Source: Nitrospirae bacterium JdFR-85 (GTDB lineage Bacteria > Nitrospirota > Thermodesulfovibrionia > Thermodesulfovibrionales > JdFR-85). Taken from it: a stretch of 64,000 bases of DNA. The notes beneath the pieces were generated by a model that did no database searches, had not been told where the DNA came from, and worked only from the letters and a program-made list of their open reading frames with translations. Made by a program: the position numbers and the translations under genes. This document shows, piece by piece, positions 60,758 to 64,000 of the stretch. Numbering within the stretch: position 1 is the stretch's first letter; every line of letters begins with the position of its first letter. The stretch lies in contig MTOU01000012.1 of assembly GCA_002011745.1 (NCBI GenBank), positions 57,732 through 121,731 of the forward strand, written 5' to 3'.

Positions 60758-61195
60758 TTACTCTACCCTTATCTGTTTTGGTTCTGGTGTCTTCTTTGGT
60801 ATAGTTATTTTGAGTATTCCGTCCTTAAGCACAGCCTTAATAGAATTTTCTTCTATGGGGTCTGTCAAGAGAAAGGACCTCTGGAAGTTGCCATAACTGC
60901 ATTCAATTCTATGGTACTTCCCGGTTCTGTCTTCAGAAAATTCAGGATAAAGAGGCCTATAACCTTTAATAGTAAGAATATTGTCTGAAAGTCTGATCTC
61001 TATATCTGACTGTTTTACTCCAGGCACTTCTGCTTCAACCACATACTCTTTGTCTGTCTCATATATATCAACCACTGGTGACCATGTGGGAGGAGAGACA
61101 GCCTCTCTTGAGCCAGACATCACCTCTTCAAATAGCTTATTTACCCTTTCATGAATGGACAAAAGATTTCTCACTTCTTCCCATCTCCTTAGCAT
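60758..61195 (-). CDS. Hsp20/alpha-crystallin small heat-shock protein
   Basis: PVVDIYE, EVPGV, YGNFQRSF, LKDGILKITIPK. Confidence 0.93.
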   Translation of the reverse strand: MLRRWEEVRNLLSIHERVNKLFEEVMSGSREAVSPPTWSPVVDIYETDKEYVVEAEVPGVKQSDIEIRLSDNILTIKGYRPLYPEFSEDRTGKYHRIECSYGNFQRSFLLTDPIEENSIKAVLKDGILKITIPKKTPEPKQIRVE

Positions 61196-61211
61196 ATCCT
61201 ATCTTTTTATT

Positions 61212-61925
61212 TTAAAATCCCACAATAGATATATCCACTGTATAGTTTATATGAGATGTTATAAGTTCCTCAAGTCTATTCTCTAAGTCACGGTCTATCT
61301 TTATTCTATTAAGAACATCAGGATTAGACCTCCATAAGAATAAATAGAGGTTCTTTAATGCCTTGGTTATCTCCATATGTTCTTCAGCAATATCAATACA
61401 ATTGCTACAGAGGGTACTGCCTTCTGAGAGATAAAACTTGTCAGCCGAGCCATTACATCTTGCACACCTGTCAATCATAGGTGAAAAGCCTGATATGCTT
61501 AGAAGTTTTATCTTATAATAGATAAGAGGGATTCTACTTTCTGGTCTTTTTTCAAGCACCTTTAATGTATTCAGCATAAGTGGGAAAAGGGTTTTCATAG
61601 GCTGTCCTTCAGGTATTAATTTCATGGTAAGCCTAACAATCTCAGAAACCTTGATGAAGGTCCTGTAGCACTCCCTTAACTTCTGGAAAGGTGTTAGAAT
61701 GTCTGCCTGTACAAGTCGGGGTAGATTGGATTGTTCCTTCCCAATAAAGGCTATTTTTGAGTATGTTAGAGGTTCAAGACTGCTTCCAAATCGACTTTTC
61801 ACCTTACGAGGGCTTTTGGCATATACACTGATAATCCCATAATCCTTGGTGAGATAGTTTACTATGAGATCAGCCTCTACATAGGTTCGGGTTGTCAGAA
61901 CAATCCCTTCGGTTCTTTTATACAT
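61212..61925 (-). CDS. recO: DNA repair protein RecO
   Basis: TEGIVL..EAD OB fold, SRFGSSLEP, CARC..CSNC zinc finger. Confidence 0.9.
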   Translation of the reverse strand: MYKRTEGIVLTTRTYVEADLIVNYLTKDYGIISVYAKSPRKVKSRFGSSLEPLTYSKIAFIGKEQSNLPRLVQADILTPFQKLRECYRTFIKVSEIVRLTMKLIPEGQPMKTLFPLMLNTLKVLEKRPESRIPLIYYKIKLLSISGFSPMIDRCARCNGSADKFYLSEGSTLCSNCIDIAEEHMEITKALKNLYLFLWRSNPDVLNRIKIDRDLENRLEELITSHINYTVDISIVGF

Positions 61926-61926
61926 T

Positions 61927-62379
61927 CTACATTATATTCCCAAAATCTTCTGGTTTCAGATTTCTTAGCCACTCTTCCAGTTCATCTGTATGTTTTCTCT
62001 CTAAGATCCCTTCATCTACAAATATAGGGGCATTTACTCGAAGGGCAAGAGCAACTGCATCCGAGGGTCTTGAATCAATTGCCAGTTCTCTGTCCCCATC
62101 CACAAGATACAGTATTGCATAATAGGTGTTATCAATTATGTCTGTGACAACAACTCTTGAGACCTCGATATCAAGTGCATTAAGGATATTTTTCATAAGA
62201 TCATGAGTGAGTGGACGAGGTGTTGCAACTTTTCCCAGTGCAAGGGCTATTGAGTCAGCTTCTGGTTTGCCGATCCATATAGGCAGTGTCTGGGTCCCAT
62301 CTATCTCTTTAAGAAGAAGAATATACATTCCACTTCTCGGATCAAAAAGCAGCCCCTCTACCTTCATCTGAATAAGCAT
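61927..62379 (-). CDS. Bifunctional nuclease family protein (DUF151)
   Basis: LPIWIG, PRPLTHDL, IDSRPSDA. Confidence 0.92.
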   Translation of the reverse strand: MLIQMKVEGLLFDPRSGMYILLLKEIDGTQTLPIWIGKPEADSIALALGKVATPRPLTHDLMKNILNALDIEVSRVVVTDIIDNTYYAILYLVDGDRELAIDSRPSDAVALALRVNAPIFVDEGILERKHTDELEEWLRNLKPEDFGNIM

Positions 62380-63320
62380 TATTGATAACCCAGTTCCCTC
62401 AGGACTCCCGGCTTTTTACGCCAAGCCTCCTTTACCTTAACCCAAAGTTCAAGATACACCTTGGTGCCCAGCAGGCCTTCTATCTCTTTTCTCGCCTCTG
62501 TCCCTATACTCTTCAGTTTGGCCCCCTTCTTACCTATTATAATACCTTTTTGAGTATCTTTTTCAACATATATATTAGCACTTATAATTATTATACCCTC
62601 TTTCTCCTCCCATTGTGTCACCTCTACTGCCACAGAGTAGGGTATCTCATCCTCGGTCAGATTCATTATCTTCTCTCTTATGATTTCAGATACCATAAAT
62701 CTCTCTAACTGATCGGTGACTATATCATCAGGATAGTATTTAGGTCCTTCTGGAAGATACTCCACAACCTTCTGAAGCAGTATATCCAGGCCATCCCCTT
62801 TTAGTGCAGAGATTGGGATTATCTCTGAGAAGTCCATTAACTTAGAGTATTCATCTATTACCGGGAGGAGTTCTGCTTTCTTAACTGTATCAATCTTATT
62901 TATTACGAGGATTACAGGAAATCGAAACTTGTTTCTGCTTGTTTTTACCACATCTATGAGTCTTTCATCTGCAAGTTCAGGAACTCTTGGCTCCACTATT
63001 ACTATAGCCAAGTCTATATCTTTAAGTGCAAGAGTTGCCTCTTTTACCATAAACTCTCCCAGCCTCTCCCTTGGTTTATGAATACCAGGTGTATCAATGA
63101 AAACAATTTGTGCATTGGGAAGATTCTTGATCCCTCTAATTCTATTTCTCGTGGTCTGAGGTTTAGGGGTAACAATGGCTACTTTCTCTCCGAGCAAACT
63201 ATTCAGCAGGGTGGATTTACCCACATTGGGACGCCCAATGATCGAGACATATCCAGACTTGAAGACCTCTCTCTCACTGGAGTTTTTCAATTGCTTGTCC
63301 AATTCTTCTAATTCCCTCAT
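62379..63320 (-). CDS. era: GTPase Era (true start uncertain, possibly TTG at 63290)
   Basis: GRPNVGKS, PQTTR, DTPG, NKID, KH domain IIGKKG. Confidence 0.95.
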   Translation of the reverse strand: MRELEELDKQLKNSSEREVFKSGYVSIIGRPNVGKSTLLNSLLGEKVAIVTPKPQTTRNRIRGIKNLPNAQIVFIDTPGIHKPRERLGEFMVKEATLALKDIDLAIVIVEPRVPELADERLIDVVKTSRNKFRFPVILVINKIDTVKKAELLPVIDEYSKLMDFSEIIPISALKGDGLDILLQKVVEYLPEGPKYYPDDIVTDQLERFMVSEIIREKIMNLTEDEIPYSVAVEVTQWEEKEGIIIISANIYVEKDTQKGIIIGKKGAKLKSIGTEARKEIEGLLGTKVYLELWVKVKEAWRKKPGVLRELGYQ

Positions 63321-64000
63321 GTAGCCTTTCCATTGAGGTTGCGTAGGAGAGTCTTATATAACCCTCGGCACCAAAGGCTTCACCAGGCACAAGGGCAACA
63401 TGGGCTTCTTCCAGAAGATACATGGCAAGATCGGAGGAGCTGTTAATTCTTCTACTGCCGCTGGTTGTTCCTTTAAGTCCACTTACATTTGCAAAGACAT
63501 AAAAAGCACCTTTTGGCATGGTGCATCTGAAGCCTTTCAGTCTGTTGAGTTCTTCAACGAGAAACCTTCTTCTTCTGTCGAACTCTCTCAGCATCTCTTC
63601 CAGTGCATCCTGGGGGCCTTTGAGTGCTTCAATAGCAGCCCACTGAGCAATTGAGGTGGGATTTGATGTGGACTGGCTTTGAATCTTTGTCATTGCTGAG
63701 ATTATCTCTGAGGGGCCTGCTGCATATCCTATCCTCCATCCGGTCATGGCATGCGATTTTGAGAGGCCATTAACCACTATCGTCTTTGATTTTATATCTT
63801 CTGACAGGGAGGCTATGCTTATATGGGTATTATTGTCATATATTAGCTTTTCATATATCTCATCAGAGATTATATAGAGGTTGTGTTTTAGGGCTATATC
63901 AGCAATCGCCTCAAGAGAACCCTTGTCGTAGATCTGGCCTGTAGGATTTGAGGGTGAGTTTATTATAATAGCCTTTGTCTTATCAGTGATCTTCTCCTCC
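63274..64000 (-). CDS. Class I PLP aminotransferase (aspartate aminotransferase-like), 5' end outside the window
   Basis: Frame open to the window edge: NSPSNPTG, SDEIYE, SKSHAMTGWRIG, IRLSYA. Confidence 0.92.
   Translation of the reverse strand, partial: EEKITDKTKAIIINSPSNPTGQIYDKGSLEAIADIALKHNLYIISDEIYEKLIYDNNTHISIASLSEDIKSKTIVVNGLSKSHAMTGWRIGYAAGPSEIISAMTKIQSQSTSNPTSIAQWAAIEALKGPQDALEEMLREFDRRRRFLVEELNRLKGFRCTMPKGAFYVFANVSGLKGTTSGSRRINSSSDLAMYLLEEAHVALVPGEAFGAEGYIRLSYATSMERLHEGIRRIGQAIEKLQ

Overview
Gene-dense, moderately AT-rich bacterial chromosomal segment. Gene content (selB, futalosine mqnCDE, RACo/AcsV-type corrinoid activator, lpxB/waaA, paired SPOR proteins, sigma-54 signalling) fits an anaerobic diderm, probably Nitrospirota/Thermodesulfovibrionia-like; that assignment is inference. 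Most of the window is housekeeping (aspS, thyX, eno, pfp, tal, trpEGD, rmlACBD, tatC, era, recO, tsaD). I saw no rRNA, tRNA, CRISPR or mobile element. Highlights: (1) two listed ORFs are one exported DsbC-like selenoprotein with a U-P-Y-C active site and a SECIS-like hairpin, and selB lies in the same window; (2) a four-gene candidate cell-shape locus with Csd4/Pgp1-like and Csd6/Pgp2-like peptidases converging on a SPOR-TPR protein and a SPOR-TM-bactofilin-like fusion; (3) a sigma-54 module with a visible tandem enhancer, a -24/-12 promoter, a stand-alone two-CW protein and a di-heme hybrid kinase whose SD is held in a hairpin; (4) about ten genes with a leaderless-type promoter layout; (5) an MshEN-PilT fusion; (6) a HEAT/HD-GYP pair sharing an unnamed N-terminal domain.
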